Of a DNA stretch of 64,000 nucleotides, positions 1 through 12,674 are shown piece by piece. The position numbers and the translations under genes are program-made. The notes under the pieces were generated by a model. It saw only the letters and a program-made list of their open reading frames with translations. It searched no databases and was not told where the DNA came from. The stretch lies in NCBI GenBank assembly GCA_951406725.2, contig OX597821.1, positions 47,306,001 through 47,370,000 on the forward strand, written 5' to 3'. Position 1 is the stretch's first letter. The number at the start of each line of letters is the position of its first letter. Source of the DNA: Octopus vulgaris (Eukaryota).

Positions 1-39
1 TTGAACCCGGGTTATCATTCCTAAGGTATTTTTTGATGT

Positions 40-130
40 TATTATTATTATTATTATTATTAAGTCGCTGCCTGGAATCGAACTCTGAATCTTGGGGTTA
101 GTAGCCCGTGCTCTTAACCCCTACGCCATA
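40..130 (-). mobile_element. tRNA-derived SINE head with (AAT)n tail
   Basis: Minus strand reads TATGGCGTAGGGGTTAAGAGCACGGGCTACTAACCCCAAGATTCAGAGTTCGATTCCAGGCAGCGAC, with Pol III A-box and B-box (GAGTTCGATTCC), followed directly by AATAATAAT. Confidence 0.6.
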
Positions 131-162
131 TAGAACAGTATTACCCGATGTTGTCTTCTAAA

Positions 163-651
163 GGCGGCGAGCTGGCAGAAACGTTAGCACACCGGGCGAA
201 ATGCGTAGCCGTATTTTGTCTGCCATTACGTTCTGAGTTCAAATTCTGCCGAGGTCGACTTTGCCTTTCATCCTTTCGGGGTCGATAAATTAAGTACCAG
301 TTACGCACTGGGGTCGATGTAATTGACTTAATCCGTTTGTCTGTCCTTGTTTGTCCTCTCTGTGTTTAGCACCTTGTGGGTAGTAAAGAAATAGGTATTT
401 CCTCTGTCTTTACATTTCAAGGCGGCGAGCTGGCAGAATCGTTAGCACGCCGGGCGAAATGCGTAGCCGTATTTCGTCTGCTGTTACGTTCTGAGTTCAA
501 ATTCCGCCGAGGTCGACTTTGCCTTTCATCCTTTCGGGGTCGATAAATTAAGTACCAGTTACGTACTGGGGTCGATGTAATCGACTTAATCCGTTTGTCT
601 GTCCTTGTTTGCCCCCTCTATGTTTAGCCCCTTGTGGGTGATAAAGAAACA
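163..651 (+). mobile_element. Dimeric tRNA-derived SINE with Meta-SINE-like core and 16-bp target-site duplication
   Basis: Two near-identical units (GGCGGCGAGCTGGCAGAA..GAGTTCAAATTC..GCCTTTCATCCTTTCGGGGTCGATAAATTAAGTACCAG). Flanked by the direct repeat GATGTTGTCTTCTAAA at 147-162 and 652-667. Confidence 0.85.
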
Positions 652-667
652 GATGTTGTCTTCTAAA

Positions 668-1290
668 AATGGTCGCTAAACCAGTGGCCTCCATTAAACA
701 AAATCGTCTGAAATGGGCAGAACATATGAAGGTCGACTTCAAAATTTTTTTACGGACGAAACTCGTGCTACCCTTGATGGACCTGATGGTTGGAGTAAGG
801 AATGAGATATAAACGAACGAGATCGTCATCAATGCTTGAAACACCAACAGGAGGAGGGGAGGCATCATGATTTGGGCAGGTATTATGGTTGTCCTTGGAA
901 AGTGCCTGACTATGTTAAAATGACCGCAGATGTTTACATACCCTTTCTGAGGGAGCACCTTGAACCTTGCCTTCAAGACAACTGTAATATTGATGCAAGA
1001 TAATGCGCCCTCGCACTCAGCGAAGAAAACTACAGAGTAGTACCATCAATTAGGCTTCTGTAGACCTCGGAAGATGAAGTGGCCTGTCTGTTTCCCCGAC
1101 TTAAACCCAATAGAAAACATGTGGAGTATTCTAAAGTGACGAGTTTACGTGAATTGACGCCAATGAATTGTAGCAAGCAATAGCGAATGTTTAGCGTGGT
1201 ATGACATCAAAAGAGATCCCGAAATTAGCAGGTTTCATGGACCAGCGCTTTTTCTAGCTTATTTCAAACGAAGGCACACATAGCCCTTAC
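668..1290 (+). mobile_element. Decayed DD37E (TRT-type) Tc1/mariner transposase
   Basis: Translates as FTDETRATLDGPDGW ... MQDNAPSHSAKKTTE*YHQLGFCRPRKMKWPVCFPDLNPIENMW. There are 37 residues between the second D and the E, with stops and frameshifts. Confidence 0.85.
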
Positions 1291-1664
1291 TAACCAGCTC
1301 ACCTACCATTTTTGAATGCTATTTATATATATTTCTACTTCTTCCATGTTTATGACTGTATGTGTTAATTTCAGTATGTAATTAAACAATTAAATTGGTA
1401 TTTTCTTGTTTGCACGAGTTTTAATTACACCTCGCTAATAATTTGAAACAGTGAAAGTTTACGTGAATGGCCGTAGTTTCTGTATTGTTTTACGCAACCT
1501 CACGTGTTTTATACACCACGCGCATATAACTGCTGCCACCATTTTGGGAAGTTTAGTTAAATTCCAACGAGTAGTTTTTAAATAAAATAAAAAGATGTTA
1601 CGTTGTAAATAATTTGAAACGCAGTGTAGATATCTCATACAAGCATGCATATATGTGCATGTGT

Positions 1665-1812
1665 GCGTATGACGAGCTTCTTCAAGTTTTCATTCACCAA
1701 GTCCGCTCACAACAAGGATTTGGTTGGCCTAAAGCTATAGAAGACACTTGCATAAAATCCCATGCAGTGGGACCGAACCCGAATGGAGTCGGGAAATTAA
1801 CTACACAGCCAC
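1665..1812 (-). mobile_element. Degraded SINE fragment
   Basis: Similar to the SINE family at 11067-11475 and 24720-24940 (GTGGCTGTGT.GT.AA..GGTTC.GTCCCACTG..GCAAGTGTCTTCTA.TATAGC). Confidence 0.6.
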
Positions 1813-2827
1813 ACTTCTATATAAGACTAAATTAAAAATTCTTTAAAATCTTATAGCAAGAACCCTAAGTCATTCGGTATAAAGAAATAGGAATACGGAT
1901 CTAAATCCTTGCAAGCTGCCATTCCTTTTCTGAAATCCTCACTTCCCTCTTTCTCTTCTCAATTGAGTGCTCTTAAAATTACACATTTTCAAACGATTTT
2001 AAAATCCTTTCTACAAATGAACACAGCCGTGTGTGTACTACTGCATTTTACTATATAATGTATTGTAAATACATTACAATTATTACGATATACACCAATA
2101 TGGCTTAATTATTTTGTAATTAGTATACTAATTGTATATTAGAGTCATGAGTCAGAATATTCCTTGGTTTGAGTACAGAGACAATCTGAACAAAATAAAA
2201 CTGATGTTCAAGAGTTTTTGCTACTCTGCCATCAAAACTGAAGCAGCAGCAAGAATAATAATCCTTTCTATTATGGGCACAAGATCAGCAAGTTTCGTGA
2301 GAGGTGGTTTGTCAATTACATCGACCCTTGTGCTCAGCTCGAACTTATTTAATCGACTCCCAAAGAATGAATAGTAAAGTTGACCTTGGAGGAATTTGAA
2401 CTCAAAACATAAAGCTAGAAGAAATGCCACTAAGCATTTTGTCTTGTGTGGGACAATTGTACCAGTTCACTACAGTTAATTATTTCTACAATAAGCACAA
2501 GGCCTGAAATATGGGGGAAGGATCAATTGATGTGCTCAGCCTCAGTATTTGACAGATATTTTATATTCATGATCTTGAAAGGATGAAGGATGACAATGGC
2601 AGGATTTCAACAATTTTCCTTATGCTCCAACGGTTCTGCCAAATGTTTCTAATTTAGGCAGTAGGTCAGTAATTTAGTGGGAGGGAAACAATTGACTATA
2701 TCAAACTGGTGCTTCACTGGAACTTTATTTTATCAGACCTGGAAAGAATAAATGCAAAGCTGATCTTAGAGAGACTTGTACTTTGAATGTCAGGTGCTGG
2801 AAGAAACACTGACACTTTTATGTGCTG

Positions 2828-2828
<1 letters not shown>

Positions 2829-2861
<33 letters not shown>

Positions 2862-3221
2862 TGTGTACAGTGCTCAGGTGCACTACAACTCATCTAAAGT
2901 GTATATATAATCAGGTGTAGTTTCGGCAGATTTCGGAAAGCATGAGGGCCTTAAAAGATGCAGTGTCATGGCAGTCAACAACTGACGCAGGCAGTTTATT
3001 CCATGCTTCAGCAACTCTGAGCGTGAAAAAATGTTTCCGAAAGTCATGGGAGCTGTATTGTTTTCTGACTTTGTAGGCATGTCCACGTGTGTTAGACACA
3101 TGGAGATCAAAAAGGTGTTCAGTGTTGTTGTTGGTGAGGTGGTTGATAACTTTGTGGGTGTTTACCAAGTCCGTCGCCAAACGCCGGAGCTTCAGTGAAT
3201 CCATGCCCAGGGAAACAAGGC
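2829..3221 (-). mobile_element. 5'-truncated CR1-clade LINE 3' end with (ATT)n tail
   Basis: ORF 2911-3204 encodes TRGHAYKVRKQYSSHDFRKHFFTLRVAEAWNKLPASVV, a typical CR1 ORF2 C-terminus. Microsatellite tail at 2829-2861; possible short TSD GCTGAT at 2824 and 3222. Confidence 0.8.
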
Positions 3222-4547
3222 GCTGATGATTCTGTTATTTCCTGTTCTTATTAACAACTTCAACAGGAGCTAGGGAAAGAGGCCTGTACATGGTAGTTGG
3301 ATCTGTTAGAAATCACAGCCAAATTTCCTTTAATTTGAATAATAACATCTTAAAGAAAAGTGAAGACAAATAATATAGTCCTTGGTCCACTATGTTTGAA
3401 ACAAGACTGGTTGTTCATGCTGTGAATGTCCACTCAATCAGAGATGACTTGGTGGGAGAGAAAGAACAATAAGAACAATAATAAAAACAATAAAAAAACA
3501 ATGAACAAGTTAGAAAAGGTACAAAAGTTTATTCATAACAAAGCCATGAACAACGTAATTGTCCAGTGATAACTGATCACAGGCTTGTAACAAAATATTG
3601 AATCTCTAGATTAAACTACTTCATGTAAGAAAGACACCATCAAATTAAGAGGCCATCTTCTTCATACATGAGTGTTTGTGTGTGTGGCGGCGGTGGGTTT
3701 TTTTTTTCTCTCTTGTTAACTTCAGACAACTTGCATACAATCAATAGGTCAGATTATATAGACCTATATTAGAGATGGCAGGAGCTATATAAGTGTGTGT
3801 GTGTGTGTATGTGGGTTGGTGAATTTTAAAAAGGAACCATTCAGAGTTTACAGCCCAAGCTCCATTAATCAAAATTACGGCTGATTTTAGTTCAGTTTCT
3901 TTATTAATTTTTACAATTTTGTTTAAATGTGAGAGAAACAAAAAACATAACAAAAACTTAAAAAGATAAAAGAAAATTGAAAAACAATTGTGATTAATTA
4001 AATAATTATGGAAATATAATTAATCAATCAATAAGGAGACTTCAAATTACGTTGTCAAAAAAAAAAACAAAAAAAAAAGTTTAAAAAAATCAAAACAAAG
4101 TAAAAGATCAAAACAATGAAACCAATAAAATGCCAACCAGAGAATTAAAACAGCAAGGTTTTAGAAATATTTTATAAAGAATATAGATGGAAGGGTTCAT
4201 GGGCTGAATAAATTTGTGCGCGAGGCGGCCAGGAGTGAGGGGTGGGGCACATCAAAGCAAGCAGGTAAAAATAAAAATAAACCAACAGAAACAAACCACA
4301 GCAGTCTTTGGAAGAAGAAAAATAAGTGTTAGAAGACTATATAAAGCTAAGACATGTCTAACCCATCACACAACCATTAAATCAGACGCCCAAACAGCTC
4401 ACTCTGCTAAGGATACAAAATTGTACAAAAATAACTCTCGTTTACTAAAAAAATGTACATTTGTTTAGGACAGATTTACCAATATATATATATATATACA
4501 TACACATATATATATATATATATCAATATATACATATATATATTTAT

Positions 4548-4578
<31 letters not shown>

Positions 4579-4583
4579 CATGT

Positions 4584-4614
<31 letters not shown>

Positions 4615-6090
4615 TATATATATATATATATACACATACACTCAAAGCCAGTTTGTAACAGCCTGAGTCATGTGTAAAAGGGGTGAGGGAGATGAATACA
4701 CAAATATTCAGTCCTTTGGAATGGTCCAAGTAAGAATTTATCCAAGAGATTTGCATTAAAAATACTGACCGTACAGAGATTCATTTCCAGTCAATAAAAT
4801 TGTATATTTATAAATATGTGTGTATGAATGTGCATGAAAGAGAGAGAGGGAGGGGAAAAATGTATATTTATAAATATGTGTGTATGTATGTATGTATGTG
4901 CATGAAAGAGAGAGGGAGGGAGAGAAAGAGAATGTGTGTGTGTGTGTGTGTGTGTGTGTGAGTGAGCGCATGTGTGTGACTGAAAAATACATTTTTCATC
5001 TTTTTTTTTTTTTTACTCTTTTACTTAGTTAAAAGAAATAGCAGTATGAAAGTATTCCTTGATATCATTTCATCACTACATGGTAGAAATTTTGTTACAG
5101 AGCATAATATTTCAAGACAGAAAAATGTTGCTATATATATATATTCTTTGTGAATCCAATTTCAATGTTTGTTGGGATACAAAAAGCAAAATGAAAAAAA
5201 AAACATAGGAGGGTGGCAAAAATACTTGTCAGTTTTCTTTTTTTGACAAAGGATATTGAAACAGTCAATATGCTCTCTTCGGTGCTCATTTTCTTTTAGT
5301 TATAGTTTCAAGGAAAACATTCTAATTACATGAAAAATTAAATCTGGATAATTCATTTTTTAGTGACTGAACCCAGCATTTTACCAAACATAGTGTGAGG
5401 GGATAAAAAAAAAAAAAAAAACGGGGAAAAAGTAAAAATAAACAAAGAGGAATGAAAACTGATTGGTTCTATCCAGAATTACATTGGTCAAAGAAACCAG
5501 GAGGATGTTACTTGCTGCACAACAATATAAGAATTCCAGAATAAAAAGGATTACTCAAAAATGTATGATTAAGTAAGAGAAGATTGAATTAATAATTAAG
5601 ATGTTAAGTAAGATAACTTAAACTAAAGACAGCCAATCAAATTATCAAATTAATTATAAAGAAAATACAATTTCCAAATTTTATCACAGTAAATTTTTTA
5701 GTCATTTGTGAAAAAAATAGAACAAAAATAAAATCAAAATGCAAACTTCAACAAATAAAGAATAACAAAATTGAAATTAAATAAAAAAGTCTGACTAATC
5801 CAAAGCCATCAGATTCCTCACATGAATAACAAATGGTAAATATAGGTGGGAGGCAATACAAGAAGCTATGATAGCTGATGGCTGTATGGTAGAATCTTGT
5901 CTATCTACTGATATTATACCTATTTTAATTAACTGAAGAAAACATACTTTAGCAGTATATATATATATATATATATATATAAATACAGGGAAGTAACCAA
6001 TTTTCCCTAAAAAGCACACTATAGATTGGATTCACCAATTTTAATCCACTGATTAAAACTACAGTTAAAACATTAATAAATACACACACG

Positions 6091-6133
<43 letters not shown>

Positions 6134-8109
6134 CACAGTGAAATAACCAATTTTCCTTTAAGCACACTTGGGTATTCCTTTGCTGATTAATTGATATTTG
6201 AAAATTGAAAAATAAACTCCTAGACTGTTTCTTTGAACTCAGAATTGTGTAAAATAGATAACATCAAAATATTCATTTAAAAATTTTTCGAATATTACAA
6301 ATCATTTATCAAATTTCTTTTCTTTTTTTTTTAATTGGTGCTATCTATTTCAGCACAAGGATATTCAAAATGTAGGGAGGGGGATATATATAGTAATAAT
6401 ATTGGATTGTATACTAATAATGTGAGTGATACATAAAGTTATATATTAGTTAATTTCAAGAACAAAAGTTTTCTTCATAAATAGATATTCCATGATAGAA
6501 ACCAATAAATATAATAGTCAATATGAGAATGCAGAAATTAAGCTAAATAACTGCTCTTGTTGCCATAATAATTAAGATGCTATAAGAATTAATGAACAAA
6601 AGATTCTAACTCAGCAAAAAAAAAAAAAAAATTGCATTTTTTTTCTTTTTTCTTGTTTTTGTTATCCAAAATAGATTCTATATCTATACAAATTTTTACA
6701 AATAATTCTTAGATTGTTGCAGAGAAAGCAAGGAAAAAAACCAAATTACTGAATTCGTGTAGCATCATTGTAGGTGTAGGAATATTCTTATATAGATACT
6801 GCATTATTGGAATGTCACTGGTGTAGTGAAAGGAATAATAATAATGAGTTTATTGTATACAGTGCTCACATGCACTACAATAGCAGAAAATATGTAAAAT
6901 TATTAAAAGAGGGAGCAAAGAAAGAATGACAGAAACAGTTTTACCCTCCAAAGGAAAAAAAATTACTTTTATAATGGGAACCTATAGAAAAATGGTAGAT
7001 GATATGTAGGTATAATAAATGTTAGACTTTAAATTAAAATAAAAGAATCTGATAGAAATTAAGAATCAAAACATGATAAATATGCTGGACAATCATAATG
7101 GCACACCTGTTGAGTTCGATGTTAATTTCAATCTCTGTTACGAATATATTACAGCAAGATTATCTAAGTTTGATAAAAGCACTCACTTATTAAAGACAAC
7201 ATCATTGCTCATCCAATTTTTGGGGATTGTTTCTATGGCACTTTTTATAATCTCAGAAACTATCCACAATTCAACTCAACTCATCAATGGGACAAACCAG
7301 TTTTCAGTGTTGGAGACTATCATATAGATACTACCATTACAAAACACTGAGGTAGTCTTTGATAGCAAAGAAAATAAGGAATATGAATGCTATATTTAAA
7401 ACAAAAAAAATTGCTAAATAAATATTTGCCAATCAAAAAAGACAACAGAGGAAAATTTATGGTATTTTAAAGTGTACTAAAATAATTCCCCAGTATAAAT
7501 TTCAAAGATAGTGATCATCAAAATTAAAGAATTACATTTAAATTTTGAAGGAAAATGACCAAGGTACAATGAGAAGGGATGGATTTTAATCATATCCTGC
7601 TACCAATTTCCTAACTGCTATGAAATAGACAGACTGAATAATATTTAAGCTAGCAATATAATAGAAGCATTAGTAAAAAGTAGCAGAAAGGTTAAAAGAT
7701 AAATACTAAACTAAGATGGTTCAAAGAAGATATTGTTGCATTTAGTGTGTAAACATTCAGACAGAGAAATGAACAGATGAAAAAGAAATAGTAAAAGACA
7801 GCTTCCATATGTCACATTCATATCTTTCTCTTGAGAGTCTGTCTATTGTGTTCTCTGTCCATATGCCCAAGGAAGACAGACACAAAATATTTACAAGACA
7901 AACATAATTACCTTGAACATGTCAAGTTTGTGACTCTCTCTACACACATACTATATATATATTAATAGTAATGGTAAGACAACAAAAGAATGAATGAGAC
8001 CTTGATATTATGTAAATAGAGGAATTTAACTGTAATATATGTGACAATTATTTGGTTGTCATAATAAGACTCTGGACCATTAAACGGTCATTTTCATAGC
8101 AATTTTTGA

Positions 8110-8184
8110 TTGCCTCAATAACTGATGAGATGCCGGACCAATTTTCCACCCCAAAATCCGAAACTCGGAGTCTTATTATGGCAA
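8110..8184 (+). ncRNA. Type I minimal hammerhead ribozyme motif (PLE-associated)
   Basis: TTGCCtcAATAA-CTGATGA-GAT..ATCc-GAAA-CTCGGAG-TC|TTATTatGGCAA. Intact core, stem I AATAA/TTATT plus TTGCC/GGCAA, near-palindromic stem III ACTCgGAGT, GUC site at 8170-8172. Confidence 0.75.
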
Positions 8185-8212
8185 CCGAATAACTGTCACA
8201 TATTATATGCAC

Positions 8213-8262
<50 letters not shown>

Positions 8263-8278
8263 ATACACACATGTATAA

Positions 8279-8335
<57 letters not shown>

Positions 8336-8349
8336 CACGCACACACACA

Positions 8350-8394
<45 letters not shown>

Positions 8395-8407
8395 AATATA
8401 TACACAT

Positions 8408-8459
<52 letters not shown>

Positions 8460-8487
8460 GTGCATATAATATGTGACAGTTATTCGG

Positions 8488-8553
8488 TTGCCATAATAAG
8501 ACTCCGAGTTTCGGATTTTGAAAATTGGTCCGGCATCTCATCAGTATAGGCAA
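8488..8553 (-). ncRNA. Inverted second copy of the hammerhead motif, sense to the PLXDC transcript
   Basis: Minus strand TTGCCTATA-CTGATGA-GATGCCGGACCAATTTTCAAAATCC-GAAA-CTCGGAGTC|TTATTATGGCAA. Core intact; the stem I 5' strand has a small deletion. Confidence 0.6.
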
Positions 8554-8613
8554 TCAAAAATTGCTATGAAAATGACCGTTTAATGGTCAAGTCTTATTAT
8601 GACAACCAAATAA

Positions 8614-8645
<32 letters not shown>

Positions 8646-10289
8646 AATATATACACATACACACATATATACATACAATGAGCTTCTTTTGGTTTCCATC
8701 AATCAAGTCTACTCACAAGACTTTAGTCAGCCCAGAGCTATAACTGAAGACATTGCCCAAGGTGTAACCAGTGAGAATGAACTCAAGAACACTATTTGGG
8801 AAGCAATCTTCTTATAATACAGGCATGCCTGCATCAATATAGACATATCTGTTTAACTCTGTGTGTGTGTGTGAGTGTAGTAACATTACTGGATAGCTCA
8901 TATTCAAAATGAAATGAGATTTCCTAACAATAAAGGAGAAACTCTAAAATACATTTTCATTTCAGCGAACATTTACATCTCATCTCTGTTAAAAGTTTAT
9001 CATTAATTATGTATCATAGTTTTCTCAAAGTTTACAAATACATACGTTTTTGCATCAAAAAAATCCTAAAGAAGGGAAGATCAACATTGTTTTTAATTCT
9101 AAAATATAATTAAATTATTTGTTTTCTTAGCTTTAGTAAACAGAAACCTAATGCTTGCAATGCCAAACACACTGAAAACAAAAGAAATACAAAGCTTATT
9201 AGAAAAACAAAATATAAATGAAGATTAGACTGCAGCTAAGAGTTCTAATGTTGGTTTTAAATAGTAAACAAATATTAAGTAGAGAATTATTGAAGAAGAA
9301 AACAGTTTAAATGGATGTTTCATGGTTTAGGTTTAGAATTTTTGTGCCATTTAATAAAACCAGATATTTTTATAACTACGAAACATTGATGAAATTTTTG
9401 CTATATCTCAATGTAATGTTGAAAAAAGAAAACCTTGCAAATTATGAAGCAAAAACAAAAAGATCCCTGTCATCATTCAATAAGACATCAAATTGAAATG
9501 CAATAATGCAAATAAAAAAAGAAACATATTGCAGTGTTAAAAAGAAGAAAATCCAAGGCAAATATTACATAATTAGTGAGTAACTAACAAGGAAATGATT
9601 AATTATACAACAAAAACTGAAAATATCAATAATGAGTCATAACAAAGTGAGTGATATTTTAAGTTTGGAAACCAAATAAAAGACTTGTATGATAATGCTA
9701 GAGTCCACATTAGCAATTATAACAGATTCAACCTCCACCAAAACATAATTATACAGAAAGCAATCCCAGAATAACTGAAAATAAAATAAAATATCAAGTA
9801 GAAAAAAAAGCATAAAACAGATTTTTATTTTATTTTTCTTTCTTATCTTATGTTTTTTCACTTTTTTTTTTTGTTTGTTTGTAATATATCACCAGGATAT
9901 TGGATGAGTTGGACAATATGAATTATCACTATAACTTTATAGATTCTGATTAGCAAATTAAAAATAAGAACAAAACAACAATATTAAAAAAAATATTTCA
10001 TTACTTAACATGAAAACTAACTACATAACAATTTAATTCAGAAAGCTCAGAAACAAAAAAGAAATTAAAATAAAATTTTTTACAAATAAAAGAAACAAAA
10101 TCATTAACAAGAAAAATAATCCAAATTTAACAAAGCAATCAAAACTTCTTTTCACTAACAAAACACAACATGCATATGCAAACAAGCATGTGTGTGTGTG
10201 CATACACACAAATATATAGGTAAGCACACACAGACATATACATACTGCTATTCAATATCAATACTGCTTCCATCACAAATATTTTTACA

Positions 10290-10863
10290 CACACACACAC
10301 ACAGACATATATATATATATACATATATAGATACACATAGATACATATATATATACATAGATACATATATATACATATATATATATAGATACATATATAT
10401 ACATATATATATATAGATACATATATATATAGATACATATATATACATATACATATATATATGTATATATTATACATATATATATGTATATATGTACATA
10501 CACAAACATATAAGTATATATATATACATACACATATACATACACACACACACATATATATATATACAAACATATATATATATACAAATACATACATATG
10601 TATATATACATATGCACATATACATACATATATATGTACGCATATAAATACATATATATATATATATATATACGTATGTGTGTATTTATATGTATACACA
10701 TATACATATATATGCATGCATACATACATATATATATATACATATATATATATATATGCATACATACATATATATGCATACATACATATATTTACACATA
10801 CATACAAATATTTATACATACATACATACAAACATTTATACATACATACATACAAACACACAC

Positions 10864-10924
<61 letters not shown>

Positions 10925-11065
10925 CATATATATACATTCTTTTTGTAGTTTCAGCACAAAGCCGTAACCATGCTGGGGCAATATATATTATACACATACA
11001 TACATATATACATACAAAAATATATATACATATACATACATATACACACACACACACATATATAT
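10290..11065. repeat. Compound (TA)n/(CA)n/(TACA)n microsatellite array
   Basis: Direct reading. Similar arrays lie at 4480-4640, 11480-11920, 17765-17885, 27095-27340 and 29215-29650. Confidence 0.95.
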
Positions 11066-11066
11066 G

Positions 11067-11475
11067 TAGGTGCAGCTATAGCTGTGTGGTAAGTAGGTTG
11101 CTTACCAACCACATGTTTCCTGGTTCATTCTCACTGTGTGGCACCTCTGGCAAGTGTCTTGTACTTTAGCCTCGGGCTGACCAAATCCTTTGGAGTGGAT
11201 ATGGTAGACAGAAACTGAAAGAAGCCAGTCGTTTATATGTATATATGCATATGCATGTGTGTGTGTATGCTTGTGTGTCTGTGTTTTTCCCCACAACATC
11301 ACTTGACAACTGATGCTGGTGTGTTTAAGTCCCTGTAACTTAGTGGTTCGGCAGAAGAGACTGATAGAATAAGCACTAGGCTTACAACGAATAAGTCCTG
11401 GGGCCGATTTGTTCGACTAAAGTCGGTGCCCCAGCATGGCTGCAGTCAAATTACTGAAACAAGTAAATGGGTAAA
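11067..11475 (+). mobile_element. tRNA-derived SINE with internal (TG)n
   Basis: GCTGTGTGGTAAG..GGTTCA.TC.CACTG.GTGGCACC..GGCAAGTGTCTT..GTAGACAGAAACTGAAAGAAGCC..CCAGCATGGC.GCAGTCAAAT.ACTGAAAC. Related copies at 24590-24940, 32715-33080, 34250-34380, 51350-51480 and 53165-53520. Confidence 0.75.
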
Positions 11476-11479
11476 AAAG

Positions 11480-11520
<41 letters not shown>

Positions 11521-11742
11521 ATATATATATCACATATATATATATATACATATACATAAATACATGTATATATATACATACATACATAAATACATGTATA
11601 TATATACATACATAGATATATAAATACATTATATATATACATACATAAATACATATATATACATACATATATAAATATATAAATACATATATATACATAC
11701 ATATATAGATATATAAATACATATATATACATACATATGTAT

Positions 11743-11787
<45 letters not shown>

Positions 11788-11951
11788 CACACACCTGCTT
11801 TCATCTTTTGTTTTTTTTTGTAAATTCTCACTGTATTTATACATATACATACATATATACGTATATATATATATACATATACATATGTACATACATACAT
11901 ATGTATATATATATATATATATTGGAGTAAATGCACTAAGCATCGTTTACA

Positions 11952-12276
11952 TATAATCACAATATGTTTGTCCCATATTTCAACTACTAAAGCCAAATAT
12001 ACAGCAGTTACTGCAGAGAAAACATTCTCTCACGGTGAAAACATCCCATTCATTCAGTGTTGCCCACTCTCAGGAGTCTATGACATTAATGCTCCCAGTT
12101 TGATCAACAAGGATCAACAAACTTGAAACATCGAAGACTCTTACTCCAAAGAGAGGGTGACACTGAAGAAATGGAGAGTTTTCACACCTTTTCATTGTAA
12201 GGTAACTGCAGTGTATTTACCTTTAGCAGTTGAAATACTTGACAAACATATTTCAACTAACCTAAATTGTGATATA
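11952..12276. repeat. Imperfect ~325-nt hairpin (inverted repeat) in the proximal 3' UTR
   Basis: AATATGTTTGTC..TATTTCAACT.CTAAAG..AAATA.AC.GCAGTTAC (11961-12011) pairs with 12202-12252. GTGAAAAC..CCATT..TTCAGTGT..CCC.CTCT (12035-12070) pairs with 12150-12185. Confidence 0.8.
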
Positions 12277-12509
12277 TATATATATATATATATATACATA
12301 CACACACACACACACACATACATATATAGTAAATGTCTGCACAAAACTTCTTTATATTTTGTTACACAGGTTTATTTTTATTGCGAGACTAAACCTATGT
12401 TAGTCAGATATATGTTGCATGATTTCTGTGTAGAAATATATTTATAACCACACTGTATTGGTCTGTTGTTTCATACATACAAATACATACACACACTCAC
12501 ACACATACA

Positions 12510-12544
<35 letters not shown>

Positions 12545-12674
12545 TTGTATGTATATTCCCATACATATATAAGATGATTACATAAAGAAAACCCCCCCAA
12601 AATAAATCTGGAAAAAACAAATAAAGAAACACGGTCTTGATTGTAAGCTGCAACCATTTTTTTCTTCGAAAATA

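Larger units (their letters stand above)
8037..8612. repeat. Inverted duplication (fold-back) of a Penelope-like terminal-repeat fragment around a microsatellite spacer
   Basis: About 8048-8230 is the reverse complement of about 8445-8612 with three small indels. The spacer is itself roughly palindromic: (TG)n(TA)n(CT)n-(TA)n-(AG)n. Confidence 0.9.
3500..12674 (-). other. Putative long 3' UTR of the PLXDC gene (distal end not determined)
   Basis: Follows the stop codon at 12675. Minus strand is U-rich with many U-tracts and carries fewer large TE insertions than the introns. No transcript evidence, so the extent is inferred. Confidence 0.35.

Noticed and set aside
62-260. tRNA genes
   Set aside because: A/B boxes are present, but no closed acceptor stem is evident and they run into SINE bodies or simple tails.
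548-976. 142-aa minus-strand ORF
   Set aside because: Antisense to the DD37E transposase remnant and runs into a SINE.
10139-11996. Long ORFs rich in Y/I/H/T/C/V (up to 280 aa); also at 4453-4756, 18658-19950 and 27016-27354
   Set aside because: Translations of (TA)n/(CA)n microsatellites, which lack stop codons in several frames; no protein complexity.
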